Source: a virus
Taxonomy: Duplodnaviria > Caudoviricetes
IMG/VR virus record: IMGVR_UViG_3300037308_000390
Coordinates: 1-29,000 of that record
Direction: 5' to 3' (one strand)
Length of the DNA: 29,000 nt
This document shows positions 8,574 through 18,135 of this stretch, piece after piece. The notes beneath the pieces were generated by a model. The model saw only the letters and a list, made by a program, of their open reading frames with translations, ran no database searches and was not told the DNA's origin. The stretch's first letter is position 1, and each line of letters starts with the position of its first letter. The position numbers and the translations under genes are program-made.

Positions 8574-11500
8574 TATGCCACCTCAGCCAATTTCTTGAGT
8601 TCCTTCCTGATTACATTAGCAATTGCTTGTGCGTCTGCTTTAGTTTTAGCGTTTACTTCTAATTTATTGATGGTAATTCCGCCTCTGCCGCCACGCATTG
8701 CTTCACCTGTTTCAAGTGCTCTTTTCTTGAATAAATCAGGGTCTAAATCAGGGAATGTAATAGAGTCTGCTTTTGCAAGATTCTTTTGAACCCCGCCTCT
8801 CCATATTTTAACAGGTGAATTGATTTTTGCAGAAGTTCCGCTACTACTGGTACTGGTCGGGGTTTGCCGAATCATACTGGGCTTTTGTGGCTGCGTTACA
8901 CTGCTTGAAGACCAAGGAACGGCTACTACTGAACCGCCAGACCGGTCTGCAAAAACATTACTGGCGTTCTTATTTGCCTCTTGATACATTCCGCCGCCAA
9001 TTGATGGGTCTCCTGCCTTAGCTGCTCCCCAAAGTTGCATAAACCAATTAATAGTATTCTGAATACTTGGTATAATGCTCTCAAGAGAGCCCTTCATGGC
9101 AGTCGCTTTTTCTTGTGTTGTTAAAGCACTTCCGTCCATGTTTTCTGTTGTTTTATTCTTAAACAAAACCGTTGCGGCGTTCATAGTCCCTGTTGCATCG
9201 CCCCAAATGCTTGTAATGTTTCCACTTTTGTTATCAAACATCGATTGGGTCTTGTTCATTGTAGTATTAGCTTCCCTCATACTTTGATTTTCATCGGTTC
9301 CGAATAAACTTTCCCACCAGCTTTTCTTCTTTTCACCGGTTTCTAAATTATATTCATCGGCTTTATAGCGAGCATCAGCTGCCCAGCCAGAGGTAACGGT
9401 TTTTTGCCAGCCTAATTTAGCATAATCTTGCGCCCAGTCGAAGAACCCGTATTCTCCGGGTTTATAAGGTTCTCCGGTTGCAGGGTCAATACCCATAGTT
9501 CTTAACCAGATTTCCTTTTCTTTTTGTTGGCTTTCTAAAATTTGCTGATTATATTGTTGTCCCATTCCAGACCGATAGAAACGTGCCATTGGGTCGTTGC
9601 TTGTCTCTACCCATTCTTGTCTTTTTGCCGCATCATTGACAAAATTACCCCAAACAGCAGCTTGCGTTTTATATGGACGCGTACTGATTGATGTTATACC
9701 TTCAGGGGTTGGAGTTTCCTCGTCTGGTGCAATTGTTGGCGCAGTTACGCCAGGGGCTGGTATTATAGGAGTGCTCATCGTTATGAGCATATCATTATAT
9801 TTTTGGGCAGCGATTTCTGACCATCTGGCAATTTCCTCGTTGTTTTGAGCAATCTGCTCTTGAGCTTTTGTCTTTTTTTCTGTAACGTATGCTAACTCGC
9901 CCTCTTTGGCAGTAATTCTTCTTTGTAAATCTTGCCATTCAGCGCTTTCTTTGTTATATTTTTTTTGTTCTTCGACAAGACGAGCTTTCTCGTCCGTTAG
10001 CTTACTTTCTTTGTTGGTATACCCTTCTACTAACTTTTCAGCATTTTTCATTGCTGTTTCGTTATGTGTAGCAACATTTTTAGTATCTTGGATAGCGGAA
10101 GCAATAAATCCAACTGATAAGGCAGCAAGTACAGCTACTCCAGCGGGCCCCCCAATCATACTCATTAAGCCGGAGCCCATATTTTTTAAACCGCCCTTCA
10201 TTGAAGTTGGATACATCGGTGGAGGTAATTTAGAGCCACTTCCTTTTTTATAATCAGGTACCACTGGAGTATATGGAACCATTGTTCCACCGGGTAAAAG
10301 AGTCCCGGTTTGAATAGCCCTCTGTTGAGCTAAAGCTATGTTTGCTCTTTCGGTGGAAGTAGCCAAACTATTCTGTGCAACGGCCGCACCTTCAGTTGCC
10401 CCCATCAATCCAGTTAAATAACCTGTTAATCCACCAGAGGTGCCCATTATACGAGTAAATTCTTGCCATACCCATCTTGCAGCAACAGATAGCCACCTTA
10501 AAACAACTGCTGCTCCAATAATAACTGCTCCACCAAGTGCGTAAGCTAAACCAGTTGTAAGAATAGTTGATTGAGCAATCCAGCCAGCAAAACTCGCTAA
10601 ACCGTCTACAATCCAACCAACAACTGGTAATAATTTTTCGCCTATATTAATGGCTAAAACACTAACAGCTGCCTTAAATTTATCAAATTTAACTGATACC
10701 GATTCCATTGCAGTATCTACTTTCTTTTGAAGGTCGAAGCTTTTTTCCATTTCCGCATCGAATTTTTTCAACTCTTCCGGGTCAACTTTAAGCATCTGCT
10801 GTGCAGTCTTTTGCATACCTATAGCGTTCCAGAGTTCAAACTGCTCTCTTTCACCTAAACCTCTGGTGGCAGCAGCATTACGTACCATTGCTACTATTTC
10901 CCAAAGCGGACGAGCAACTTCTTCGCCTTTTTCGTTTTTAGTCCATGCAAAACCGGGGTCTAATCCTAAACGAGCCGCAGCTGCTTGATATTTTGGTTGG
11001 TCTCCAACCGATTTAGTAAGTAATCCACGGATAGATGTACCTGCAATTGAACCAGATACACCCTTCTGGGCCATATATGCAATAGCAGACATGGTTTCCT
11101 GTGGACTCCAGCCTACTTCTTTCGCAGCACCTCCAACATAGGTTAAACCTTGTTGTATATCTGCAACATCAGTAGGAGAAATCTGTGAAGCATGAACCAT
11201 ATATTCAGTCATTTTTGCAGCATCTTTTGCAAATTGACTGGCATCTTCCATGTTACTTCCGAAAAGAGCAGTGGTTTTAACTACAGCGTCTAATGCATCA
11301 GCTAAACCCATTCCCTCAATCTTTGCCATCTTCATCGCAGATTCGAATATTGCCATTTGCGCACTGGCATCTTTTACACCGGCACGACCAAGTGTCTGCA
11401 TAGCTTCAGCTGTAGCTGCCGGTGCTTCACCGTATTTGATTGAAAGAGCTTTGATTTGGTTCCCCATTTGGGTAACTTGCTGGGAAGTCATGTCGTTTGA

Positions 11501-11647
11501 AACAGCTTGTACCAATTTTATTTGTTTTTCAAACTTAGCGGCTTCAGCAGTGGCAACCCCGAGAGCTAACGCTGCGGCTGCTCCTACAGCCATAAATCCG
11601 GCTTCAACTACTCTCATTCCGGAAGTCATTTCGGCTGCGGTACGCAT
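8573..11647 (-). CDS. Tail tape measure protein (TP901-like core); true start uncertain
   Basis: AAKFEKQIKLVQAVS...AEAMQTLGRAG...GVSGSIAGTSIRGLL tape-measure core, Ala/Gly-rich helical sequence, central hydrophobic segments, C-terminal ITINKLEVNA...AIANVIRKEL. Confidence 0.92.
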   Translation of the reverse strand: MRTAAEMTSGMRVVEAGFMAVGAAAALALGVATAEAAKFEKQIKLVQAVSNDMTSQQVTQMGNQIKALSIKYGEAPAATAEAMQTLGRAGVKDASAQMAIFESAMKMAKIEGMGLADALDAVVKTTALFGSNMEDASQFAKDAAKMTEYMVHASQISPTDVADIQQGLTYVGGAAKEVGWSPQETMSAIAYMAQKGVSGSIAGTSIRGLLTKSVGDQPKYQAAAARLGLDPGFAWTKNEKGEEVARPLWEIVAMVRNAAATRGLGEREQFELWNAIGMQKTAQQMLKVDPEELKKFDAEMEKSFDLQKKVDTAMESVSVKFDKFKAAVSVLAINIGEKLLPVVGWIVDGLASFAGWIAQSTILTTGLAYALGGAVIIGAAVVLRWLSVAARWVWQEFTRIMGTSGGLTGYLTGLMGATEGAAVAQNSLATSTERANIALAQQRAIQTGTLLPGGTMVPYTPVVPDYKKGSGSKLPPPMYPTSMKGGLKNMGSGLMSMIGGPAGVAVLAALSVGFIASAIQDTKNVATHNETAMKNAEKLVEGYTNKESKLTDEKARLVEEQKKYNKESAEWQDLQRRITAKEGELAYVTEKKTKAQEQIAQNNEEIARWSEIAAQKYNDMLITMSTPIIPAPGVTAPTIAPDEETPTPEGITSISTRPYKTQAAVWGNFVNDAAKRQEWVETSNDPMARFYRSGMGQQYNQQILESQQKEKEIWLRTMGIDPATGEPYKPGEYGFFDWAQDYAKLGWQKTVTSGWAADARYKADEYNLETGEKKKSWWESLFGTDENQSMREANTTMNKTQSMFDNKSGNITSIWGDATGTMNAATVLFKNKTTENMDGSALTTQEKATAMKGSLESIIPSIQNTINWFMQLWGAAKAGDPSIGGGMYQEANKNASNVFADRSGGSVVAVPWSSSSVTQPQKPSMIRQTPTSTSSSGTSAKINSPVKIWRGGVQKNLAKADSITFPDLDPDLFKKRALETGEAMRGGRGGITINKLEVNAKTKADAQAIANVIRKELKKLAEVA

Positions 11648-11718
11648 ACCGATAGCTGTCAGGTTAGCAAAACCAGCAGCTACAGCAGCTATACCGGGAG
11701 CTGCTTCGTTTACAGCAC

Positions 11719-11892
11719 CTAAAAGAGCCTCATGGCTCCTATCTCTTTTGCCTCTTTAATTTCTCTAACAATCCCTGCTCTCATAAAATCAACATCACTT
11801 GGAGGCAATTCTGCTAACTCCGATGGGGGTATGCAGAGTGCACGACAAACTAAATAGTCAAGGAATAATTCATCGTGCTCTATTAGTTTTTT
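11719..11892 (-). CDS. Tail assembly chaperone frameshift extension (T part of G-T)
   Basis: The -1 frame after A AAA AAC (11892-11886) reads KLIEHDELFLDYLVCRALCIPPSELAELPPSDVDFMRAGIVREIKEAKEIGAMRLF* and fills the gap before the tape measure gene. Confidence 0.8.
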   Translation of the reverse strand, partial: KKLIEHDELFLDYLVCRALCIPPSELAELPPSDVDFMRAGIVREIKEAKEIGAMRLF

Positions 11893-12413
11893 CTAAATTC
11901 TTTTGCTATTTTAGAGTCATCTCTTTCGTATGACAAAATAGCTACTTTATTTGATAAATAACTTAATAATGGTAAATCTGCGCTCTCTTTCCATTCATCT
12001 ACTGACATTTCAGGTTCTAAAATTAAATCTGCCATCATTTCGTAGCTTTGGTCAACAATATCAGCAAATTCTTTCTCTGACAATTGGTCAAGAGTTTTCA
12101 TTTGGAGAGTCGCTAAACGCTGAAATTTCACTCGGTCTTTTTCTTTCATCCTTCTAACTTTAAATTTCCAAACATCTTCGCCCATTGGGACGAATAAGTC
12201 AAAAGGTTGCTCTGCCCGTGCAAAAATTAGCTTTTTTGTTGCAGTAATTATATTAGCCTTTTCTAACTTGATTTCTTCAACCTCTTCGGCCCATTCTTCG
12301 GCCACTGGCTGTAATTCTGCAATTTCTTCATCTGTAAGAGTTCCCTCGGATGTTTCTTCGTATCCTTCTTCGGGAATTAATTCTTGTATGTCTTTTTTTA
12401 CCTCATCATTCAT
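11883..12413 (-). CDS. Tail assembly chaperone (G)
   Basis: Acidic 176-aa protein between tube and tape measure genes, ending in a slippery heptamer. Confidence 0.8.
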   Translation of the reverse strand: MNDEVKKDIQELIPEEGYEETSEGTLTDEEIAELQPVAEEWAEEVEEIKLEKANIITATKKLIFARAEQPFDLFVPMGEDVWKFKVRRMKEKDRVKFQRLATLQMKTLDQLSEKEFADIVDQSYEMMADLILEPEMSVDEWKESADLPLLSYLSNKVAILSYERDDSKIAKEFRKN

Positions 12414-12424
12414 TTAAATCCCTC

Positions 12425-12450
12425 TTTTTCTTTAAAAAATAAATAAAATA
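12425..12450 (-). terminator. Possible archaeal oligo-T terminator/attenuator after the tube gene
   Basis: The minus strand reads TATTTTATTTATTTTTTAAAG just after the tube stop codon. Confidence 0.4.
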
Positions 12451-12455
12451 CGTGC

Positions 12456-12866
12456 TTAGCACGTATTAACTGGTGCGGACCTGGTTTCGTCCATTAAAAT
12501 CCGTCTTGAGACAGCTTTTCCGTCTAAGTCCTGAGTAACAGGTTTAGTTCCGTCAAAGTTTCCAACACTGTCTTTTGCGAAGACGCATCTTTCTAATACC
12601 ATTACAGGTTGTGGTGGTTTCACATCGTTGTTATAAACTAACAATGGGAACTCACAGCCTTCTTCATACATCTTGGAGAGTCTTCCGTTGTCGTATGCTT
12701 TTTTAATGGTAAAGTCCACTTTTTTTCTGCCGGGTCGGATTTCTTCGGGGTCGTGGGAGTCACTGGAGTATACTTCGTTAGTATCTCTTGTGGCGTTCAC
12801 TGTAACTTCCTGAAGTTTAATCACTTCCCCTTTGATTTTAATTAATCCTGTGTCGAAATATGCCAT
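12456..12866 (-). CDS. Tail tube protein
   Basis: 136-aa beta-rich protein directly after the sheath gene, with GGAGGT RBS. Confidence 0.8.
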   Translation of the reverse strand: MAYFDTGLIKIKGEVIKLQEVTVNATRDTNEVYSSDSHDPEEIRPGRKKVDFTIKKAYDNGRLSKMYEEGCEFPLLVYNNDVKPPQPVMVLERCVFAKDSVGNFDGTKPVTQDLDGKAVSRRILMDETRSAPVNTC

Positions 12867-12878
12867 GTTTTAACCTCC

Positions 12879-14342
12879 TTACATAATCACAACGCTGGCA
12901 TTAATTTTCCTTGCCGCGTGAACTGGAGTTACAGTAGCAGACACGGAAACCTTACCAAGCCTTTGGTTAGCTCTTGGAGTAACTGACGCAACAACATCAT
13001 AGGCTTTCAGCCCTTCGTCTTCTGCATCAACTAAGCTCATGTCGGTCACTTTCATGTATTCTAATTTAGATTTAATTGCTTCCTCTAAATCAGTTTTGTA
13101 TGACGGGGTGATTGGCTTTCCAAGCATTGCGAACGCGGCATCGTATATGTTTTTCTTAACTTCGTTAATAATACACATTACGGATTCTGCGCTTTCGTCA
13201 GTTTGGTTGCTTGGCTGGGTGGTCATTACTCCTTCCCTAATCCTTACACCGTCTACATCTCGAACAAAAGTGATGACACCTTTCTCGTTGTACTCAATTA
13301 AGTCTAACTTTGTGGTTAGAGTGTTACCATCAACTATTGGTAGTGCTTCAACGAAGAAGTTTTCACTGCCAATACCGAGTCTTTTTCTGGATTCCCCGCC
13401 CCAAATAGGAACGTTGTAAGCTAACTGAGACCTTTTACCTGCAACAGCAAGCGTAGCTTGGCAAGGTGCGTATGAGTTTCCATTTCTGTCAACTAAACCT
13501 TGTCCAACGTACATTGCATTTTGGCTGTTGTATTTGGCGGTTTCTGTAAGCATATTTGACTTAGAGGTTCCGGTCGTTGCACCTACAATAGCGTATCTCC
13601 ACATGTGTGAGTCTTGAGCGCTCATTTCGTTAGCGTGAAGAACATATTCGTCCCTTACAGCTTCAAAAGCACTTGTAGTTACAACCCCTCTTACCGCAAT
13701 ATTTTCGTAGTAAGACAGTCCGTTTCTGTGTGCGGTTGCGGCTAATGCTTCGTCTGTGAGTTTTCCGTCTGCATCTGCGTTTGTTCCGTTGCTTCCAGCA
13801 GTAAAGCCAGTTCCTAATTGAACTCTTGCTAAAACAGCTAAAATGCCTGTTCCTTCAGCGGATGAAGCCGCGGTAACTATATTAGACTCGCTGGTTATCC
13901 TCGCAACTAAGTCGGCTATTGTGGCTACACCTAAGTAATATTCGGTGTTAAATCCAGCCTCTTCTATGATTAAATTACTGCCACCACTTGTATTTGGTCC
14001 GGCGGTAATGTAAATAGGATACGTACCTTTTGCCTTAGCGGTTAGTGTTAAGACGTTTGCTCCTGTTGCGGCGTTATCTAATAATGTGTGTGATGCTGCA
14101 ACGGCTGTACCAACAACGACTCTGTTCATGTAGAGCCCTTGTCCTCCAACCATAAAGTAGGAGTCAAATTCTCGAGTTTTATACTCTTGGTATGCTTGTT
14201 GTGCACTTGTAATCAACATTGGTACGTTAGGTTCTCCCTTTGTACTTTCAATGCACGCAGCGAAAATTTGGCCTCCCTCTAAGTTAGTTAGAGTTTGGTA
14301 AGGGGTGCTTTCAACGGTTACTTCTGGTAGACCTTCTTGCAT
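12879..14342 (-). CDS. Contractile tail sheath protein
   Basis: STKGEPNVPMLITS, GGQGLYMNRV, LIEYNEKGVITF...VRIREGVMT and C-terminal VTPVHAARKI match the sheath pattern. Length 487 aa. Confidence 0.92.
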   Translation of the reverse strand: MQEGLPEVTVESTPYQTLTNLEGGQIFAACIESTKGEPNVPMLITSAQQAYQEYKTREFDSYFMVGGQGLYMNRVVVGTAVAASHTLLDNAATGANVLTLTAKAKGTYPIYITAGPNTSGGSNLIIEEAGFNTEYYLGVATIADLVARITSESNIVTAASSAEGTGILAVLARVQLGTGFTAGSNGTNADADGKLTDEALAATAHRNGLSYYENIAVRGVVTTSAFEAVRDEYVLHANEMSAQDSHMWRYAIVGATTGTSKSNMLTETAKYNSQNAMYVGQGLVDRNGNSYAPCQATLAVAGKRSQLAYNVPIWGGESRKRLGIGSENFFVEALPIVDGNTLTTKLDLIEYNEKGVITFVRDVDGVRIREGVMTTQPSNQTDESAESVMCIINEVKKNIYDAAFAMLGKPITPSYKTDLEEAIKSKLEYMKVTDMSLVDAEDEGLKAYDVVASVTPRANQRLGKVSVSATVTPVHAARKINASVVIM

Positions 14343-14345
14343 GTG

Positions 14346-14516
14346 TTATCCCCCATAATATTTTTTTACTAATTCTTGTAATCTTTCGGGTGTTGTTTTA
14401 TATGTGTCTGACAACTTTTCCCTTTTCAAAATCGTGTGAACACGAATATGGTCAATCTGCATCGCAGTTGCCAGCTCGAAAATATTTGTTTTCTGTTCTT
14501 TAGGTTTTTTGGACAT
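14346..14516 (-). CDS. Small hypothetical protein upstream of sheath (56 aa)
   Basis: Below the ORF-track cutoff. MSKKPKEQKTNIFELATAMQIDHIRVHTILKREKLSDTYKTTPERLQELVKKYYGG*, with a GGAGATG RBS. Its last codons form the sheath RBS. Confidence 0.7.
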   Translation of the reverse strand: MSKKPKEQKTNIFELATAMQIDHIRVHTILKREKLSDTYKTTPERLQELVKKYYGG

Positions 14517-15276
14517 TTACATCCATCTCCTCAATTAATGTGCCTATTTTTCTTGGTGTTATTTCCCTGTAAGTTATCGTCACTTCAATAGTCCAACGGT
14601 CTACTTTGGGAACCTTATCCTTTGTTTTTCTTGATTCAGTGATTCTAATCCCGTTAATCCCCCTTTCATATAAAAGGGTTCCGTCAGAGAAGCCCCTACC
14701 ATCAATTATTTCATAGATTTCAATACTATCCAAATCTATCAATGGATTGACATAAAGGCCAGAATCGTCTAAAAACCAAGAGCCGTTTGTTGCTAAAACT
14801 TCAGCAACGCTCGTGGCCTTAGTTAGTGTAGCAAGCGGGTCAACAAGCTTTAAAATATCCCTTTCACTTGTATAATCATCGTTAACATAAGTGCTGGGGT
14901 CATAAGCTTGCCAGCCAGTAGGGTCGCTGTAAACAATGACATCAACATCGTTGAAATCATCTATACGGGACTCAATTGCTTGTTTTACTTTAACTAATTC
15001 AATTAAATCTTTAGAAAAGACATCTATCTGAAAATCAGCGTATTTATATTTCAGTTCAGACCTTACTTGGTCTTCCCCTTCACCACAATAAATAGTTGTT
15101 TGGGCTGCTATTGATGAACCAATAAACGGACGAATAATTACCTGCGGAAAAACAGCTTCGTGGTCGACTCCTATAAAAACAGGAACGTTAGCGTTCTCTA
15201 CTTCTACATAATAGTTGTCAGTGTCGAAATCTCCGCAGACACTACGAATTGATTTTATCAGTTCTAAGTCGTCCAT
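14500..15276 (-). CDS. Tail terminator/completion protein with an inserted domain
   Basis: FPQVIIRP...FQIDVFSKD...RWTIEVTITY terminator-like pattern, located before the sheath gene. Confidence 0.7.
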   Translation of the reverse strand: MDDLELIKSIRSVCGDFDTDNYYVEVENANVPVFIGVDHEAVFPQVIIRPFIGSSIAAQTTIYCGEGEDQVRSELKYKYADFQIDVFSKDLIELVKVKQAIESRIDDFNDVDVIVYSDPTGWQAYDPSTYVNDDYTSERDILKLVDPLATLTKATSVAEVLATNGSWFLDDSGLYVNPLIDLDSIEIYEIIDGRGFSDGTLLYERGINGIRITESRKTKDKVPKVDRWTIEVTITYREITPRKIGTLIEEMDVNVQKT

Positions 15277-15280
15277 ATTC

Positions 15281-15733
15281 TCACTTGAATAAACTGGCCA
15301 TTCTAATAGCTCCGTATGCTCTACTTAATGGTATTATTCGGCTGTTTCCTTTCCAATATACTTTTACTGAATCACTTATTCCTGCAACGATTTGAGGGTT
15401 TGCTTTCCATAAAGCTGGCCTCATAAAAGGTTGAGCTTTGGTTCTGGATGTCCCATATTCGACAAACCAAGCGTAATCTCGTTTTGTATTACCCTTACGA
15501 CATCGAATTAAAGGGTCTCCACCCGCCATAACTCTACTTTTTCCATCGTGACGAATGCTTTTTAAAAGACAGCTCGTCTCTCCTTCTGGAACGTAATGTA
15601 TTGCCCACTGAACAATAAGGTCAAGGCCATTTTTTCCGATATAATCGTCTTTATGGTCTTTTATACCCTCATAAAAACCCGATAGTGTTTCAAAAGGGTC
15701 TCCAATCATTGTAATACGTGTGTGCATTACCAT
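15281..15733 (-). CDS. HK97 gp10-like neck/tail-completion protein
   Basis: LLKSI...YAWFVEYGTSRTKAQPFMRPAL signature. Confidence 0.9.
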   Translation of the reverse strand: MVMHTRITMIGDPFETLSGFYEGIKDHKDDYIGKNGLDLIVQWAIHYVPEGETSCLLKSIRHDGKSRVMAGGDPLIRCRKGNTKRDYAWFVEYGTSRTKAQPFMRPALWKANPQIVAGISDSVKVYWKGNSRIIPLSRAYGAIRMASLFK

Positions 15734-16122
15734 CTTGGGTTCAGCTCCAGTACCATTTCATAGTGGTGTCTTTTTCTTCTATAAACAAGATGTCTGTCAA
15801 TTCTGTATATTTTAAAGTATTCTGTTCGTGAATTAGGAGGTGCAGTAACGTGTTTAATCCTAAATTCTCCCATTTCTTTGTTTGGAATTTCAAAATCGGC
15901 CACAAAGAAACCGTTATATTCTGTTGTTTCTAATCTTCCCTTATGTTCATCGTCTAATTGAGCTACCCATTGGATAGTTCCTTTTAATTCCGCTACTTCA
16001 TTCCAAACCTGTTGGACATCTCCAAGCTCGTTTTGAGTTGCTGGAGAGTCTGAAACAAGTTCTTCTAAGTGGTATGTTTCGCCTGGAATTGTTAAACGCT
16101 TAATAAGGGTCTCGAAACTCAT
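15727..16122 (-). CDS. Head-closure/head-tail adaptor (SPP1 gp16-like)
   Basis: QNELGDVQQVWNEVAELKGTIQ...HHYEMVLE pattern and synteny. Confidence 0.75.
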   Translation of the reverse strand: MSFETLIKRLTIPGETYHLEELVSDSPATQNELGDVQQVWNEVAELKGTIQWVAQLDDEHKGRLETTEYNGFFVADFEIPNKEMGEFRIKHVTAPPNSRTEYFKIYRIDRHLVYRRKRHHYEMVLELNPRW

Positions 16123-16501
16123 TTAAATCACGAATACCTTTTCTACGTCCACTGACAAGCATTCTTGTATTTCTGTATTCAGATTTTATGTCATCAATTT
16201 TTATCAGATAATCTTCGCACCAAGTTCGGTCGCTTGTTGCCGGAGCCTGATAACGCTCCTTAGCACTCCCAATCGTATAGGCAATCGTTGGGGCAATCTT
16301 ATCAAGCTGAATCCTGCTTAGATGACAACCAATAGCCAAGAATAATGCTTCTTTCATAGAATGAGAAGGGGTTGAAACCCCTGTATCTTCTATGATAGTG
16401 GTAGAATAATGCTCAATCAGATTCTGGATTAGGCTATCTATTTCGTCATCTTCGATGTTAAAGAAGCCCTTTACTTCGTCTAATGTAGCAAAATTTACCA
16501 T
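16100..16501 (-). CDS. Head-tail connector (gp6/gp15-like)
   Basis: FATLDEVKGFFNIEDDEIDSLIQNLI N-terminus and synteny. Confidence 0.8.
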   Translation of the reverse strand: MVNFATLDEVKGFFNIEDDEIDSLIQNLIEHYSTTIIEDTGVSTPSHSMKEALFLAIGCHLSRIQLDKIAPTIAYTIGSAKERYQAPATSDRTWCEDYLIKIDDIKSEYRNTRMLVSGRRKGIRDLNEFRDPY

Positions 16502-16508
16502 TGTTCAC

Positions 16509-16838
16509 CTACACTTCGTAAGGAAGGTCGGTTAGCATTAGAGCACGTTCGGAATCAACCATCTCGTAGATAGCTGCTTTATCCCTAATTAACTGCTCTT
16601 TTTGTTTCATCTGGGCTTTGTTTCGTACCTGACGTGCAAGAACTAACTCATCAAAAATTTCTTTATCGAACTCGTAAGAGTCGCCTTTTTTGAATACGAT
16701 TTGCATTGGAAGCCCTTCGTATTTAGGGACAATACGGGAGTTCCCTTTTACATCGTATTTAATTTCAGTGAGTCTCATTGTATGTTCTTGAGTCGCGGTC
16801 ATCGGTTCAAAAACCACTTTTACTTTTTTAGTTGCCAT
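16509..16838 (-). CDS. Hypothetical protein downstream of major capsid gene
   Basis: 109 aa with GAGGTGG RBS. No recognised family. Confidence 0.65.
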   Translation of the reverse strand: MATKKVKVVFEPMTATQEHTMRLTEIKYDVKGNSRIVPKYEGLPMQIVFKKGDSYEFDKEIFDELVLARQVRNKAQMKQKEQLIRDKAAIYEMVDSERALMLTDLPYEV

Positions 16839-16860
16839 TGTTTATCCACCTCGAATAAGA

Positions 16861-17700
16861 TTAGGCTGTTTTCATGTTAATTTGACGTATAGCCTGTGGT
16901 TTAAGTACGGCTGGCTTTTCGTAAGCCCATAATTGGACTTTATCGGTTCTTTCGTCGTTGATACGGAAAGCTTCAGCTTTCATTTCTTGTAATACTACTA
17001 ACCAGAGTGGTCTGGCGGTCATATCTGCAACAAGAACGGTACCTGAAGTTAATTCAGGAATCTCAACAACATCTAAACCGGCTACTCTTCCACCGATTGT
17101 ACCTTCTCTTAAAGGCATAGTGGTGTTTGATTTGTAGTATTCTTTAAAGTCGTCGTCCTTAACTAAGTCAGAATATTCGTCGGGGTTAACAAATACAGTT
17201 GTTGGGTTGTATAACTGTTTTCTTAAGTAGGTTTTAGCGTCCATGATGTCGTCGAAGCCTAAAGAAGTGTCGTAACTGTCTGTAGCAGTAGCAGCAGCAC
17301 CTTCCATAGTGGTCATGATGTCGCTGTTTTCTTTTCTCAGCATTCTTGCTTTAGCTTCTTCTAATTCACGTTCGGCTAAGTCTCCGTACCAGTCTACCAT
17401 TTTGGCCTCATCGGTCATTTCGATAGCAGTACCGTTTGCGGCTACTTTAACGTCCACAGTGCTGATTACCTGTCTAACGGCAGGAATTTCTGCACCCTCT
17501 ACAATTTCCACAGCCATTCCAGTAGAGTTTGCTCTTGGAAGGTTTGCGGTAAATGTGTTTTGTAATCTGTAAATATAACAGAATTGTCTTAGGATGGAAT
17601 TAGACTCGAGATAGTCTTCGATATCTTTCTCTAAGTACTTTTCCCATCGTACTGTTCCAGTAGCGTTTCCACCTGTGGCTAATTCAACTATAGGTTCCAT
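16861..17700 (-). CDS. Major capsid protein (HK97 fold, compact)
   Basis: AVEIVEGAEIP, GTAIEMTDEA, FDDIMDAKTYL...VFVNPDEYSDL, GRVAGLDVV and AVLKPQAI match the HK97-type pattern. Confidence 0.92.
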   Translation of the reverse strand: MEPIVELATGGNATGTVRWEKYLEKDIEDYLESNSILRQFCYIYRLQNTFTANLPRANSTGMAVEIVEGAEIPAVRQVISTVDVKVAANGTAIEMTDEAKMVDWYGDLAERELEEAKARMLRKENSDIMTTMEGAAATATDSYDTSLGFDDIMDAKTYLRKQLYNPTTVFVNPDEYSDLVKDDDFKEYYKSNTTMPLREGTIGGRVAGLDVVEIPELTSGTVLVADMTARPLWLVVLQEMKAEAFRINDERTDKVQLWAYEKPAVLKPQAIRQINMKTA

Positions 17701-17704
17701 ATTA

Positions 17705-18127
17705 TCACTTCCTCACCCAGATTAGGGCTTTGGTTGTACCGGCTTGGCCTAATCCTGCGCCTACAACTCTACCACAGATTTTTAATACTTCTTCAGCGGT
17801 TACTGTCGCGGAAAGTGTTAGCTTTTGGAATTTACCATCAGCGGCTGTCGTGATGAAATCACCGTAAGATACGGCTCCTGCCATCAAAACATCGACGATT
17901 TTGTCGTTATCAACGCTTACAGCGTCCCCCTCAGCTGCGTCGGTAGCTCCAGCTTCTACAGCCTTAACTACACCAGCAAACTTGTAATAACCGGCTTCAG
18001 TTCCTTCAATAACTTCTTCTGCGTCTGTTCCGTGAATAACTGCTTTTCCTACGCCATTGGAGTCAATGGCATCACTTATAGCTGCTCCGGCGAAATACCG
18101 TACTGCAACTCCTCTTTGAATTTGCAT
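17705..18127 (-). CDS. Capsid cement/decoration protein
   Basis: Ala/Gly-rich 140 aa between scaffold and capsid genes. AAEGDAVSV...AGAVSYGDFITTAADGK. Confidence 0.75.
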   Translation of the reverse strand: MQIQRGVAVRYFAGAAISDAIDSNGVGKAVIHGTDAEEVIEGTEAGYYKFAGVVKAVEAGATDAAEGDAVSVDNDKIVDVLMAGAVSYGDFITTAADGKFQKLTLSATVTAEEVLKICGRVVGAGLGQAGTTKALIWVRK

Positions 18128-18135
18128 TTAATCAC

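Noticed and set aside
4558-14342. Extracellular contractile injection system or tailocin
   Set aside because: Terminase, portal, protease, capsid and neck genes are contiguous with the tail genes, so this is a full virus or provirus.
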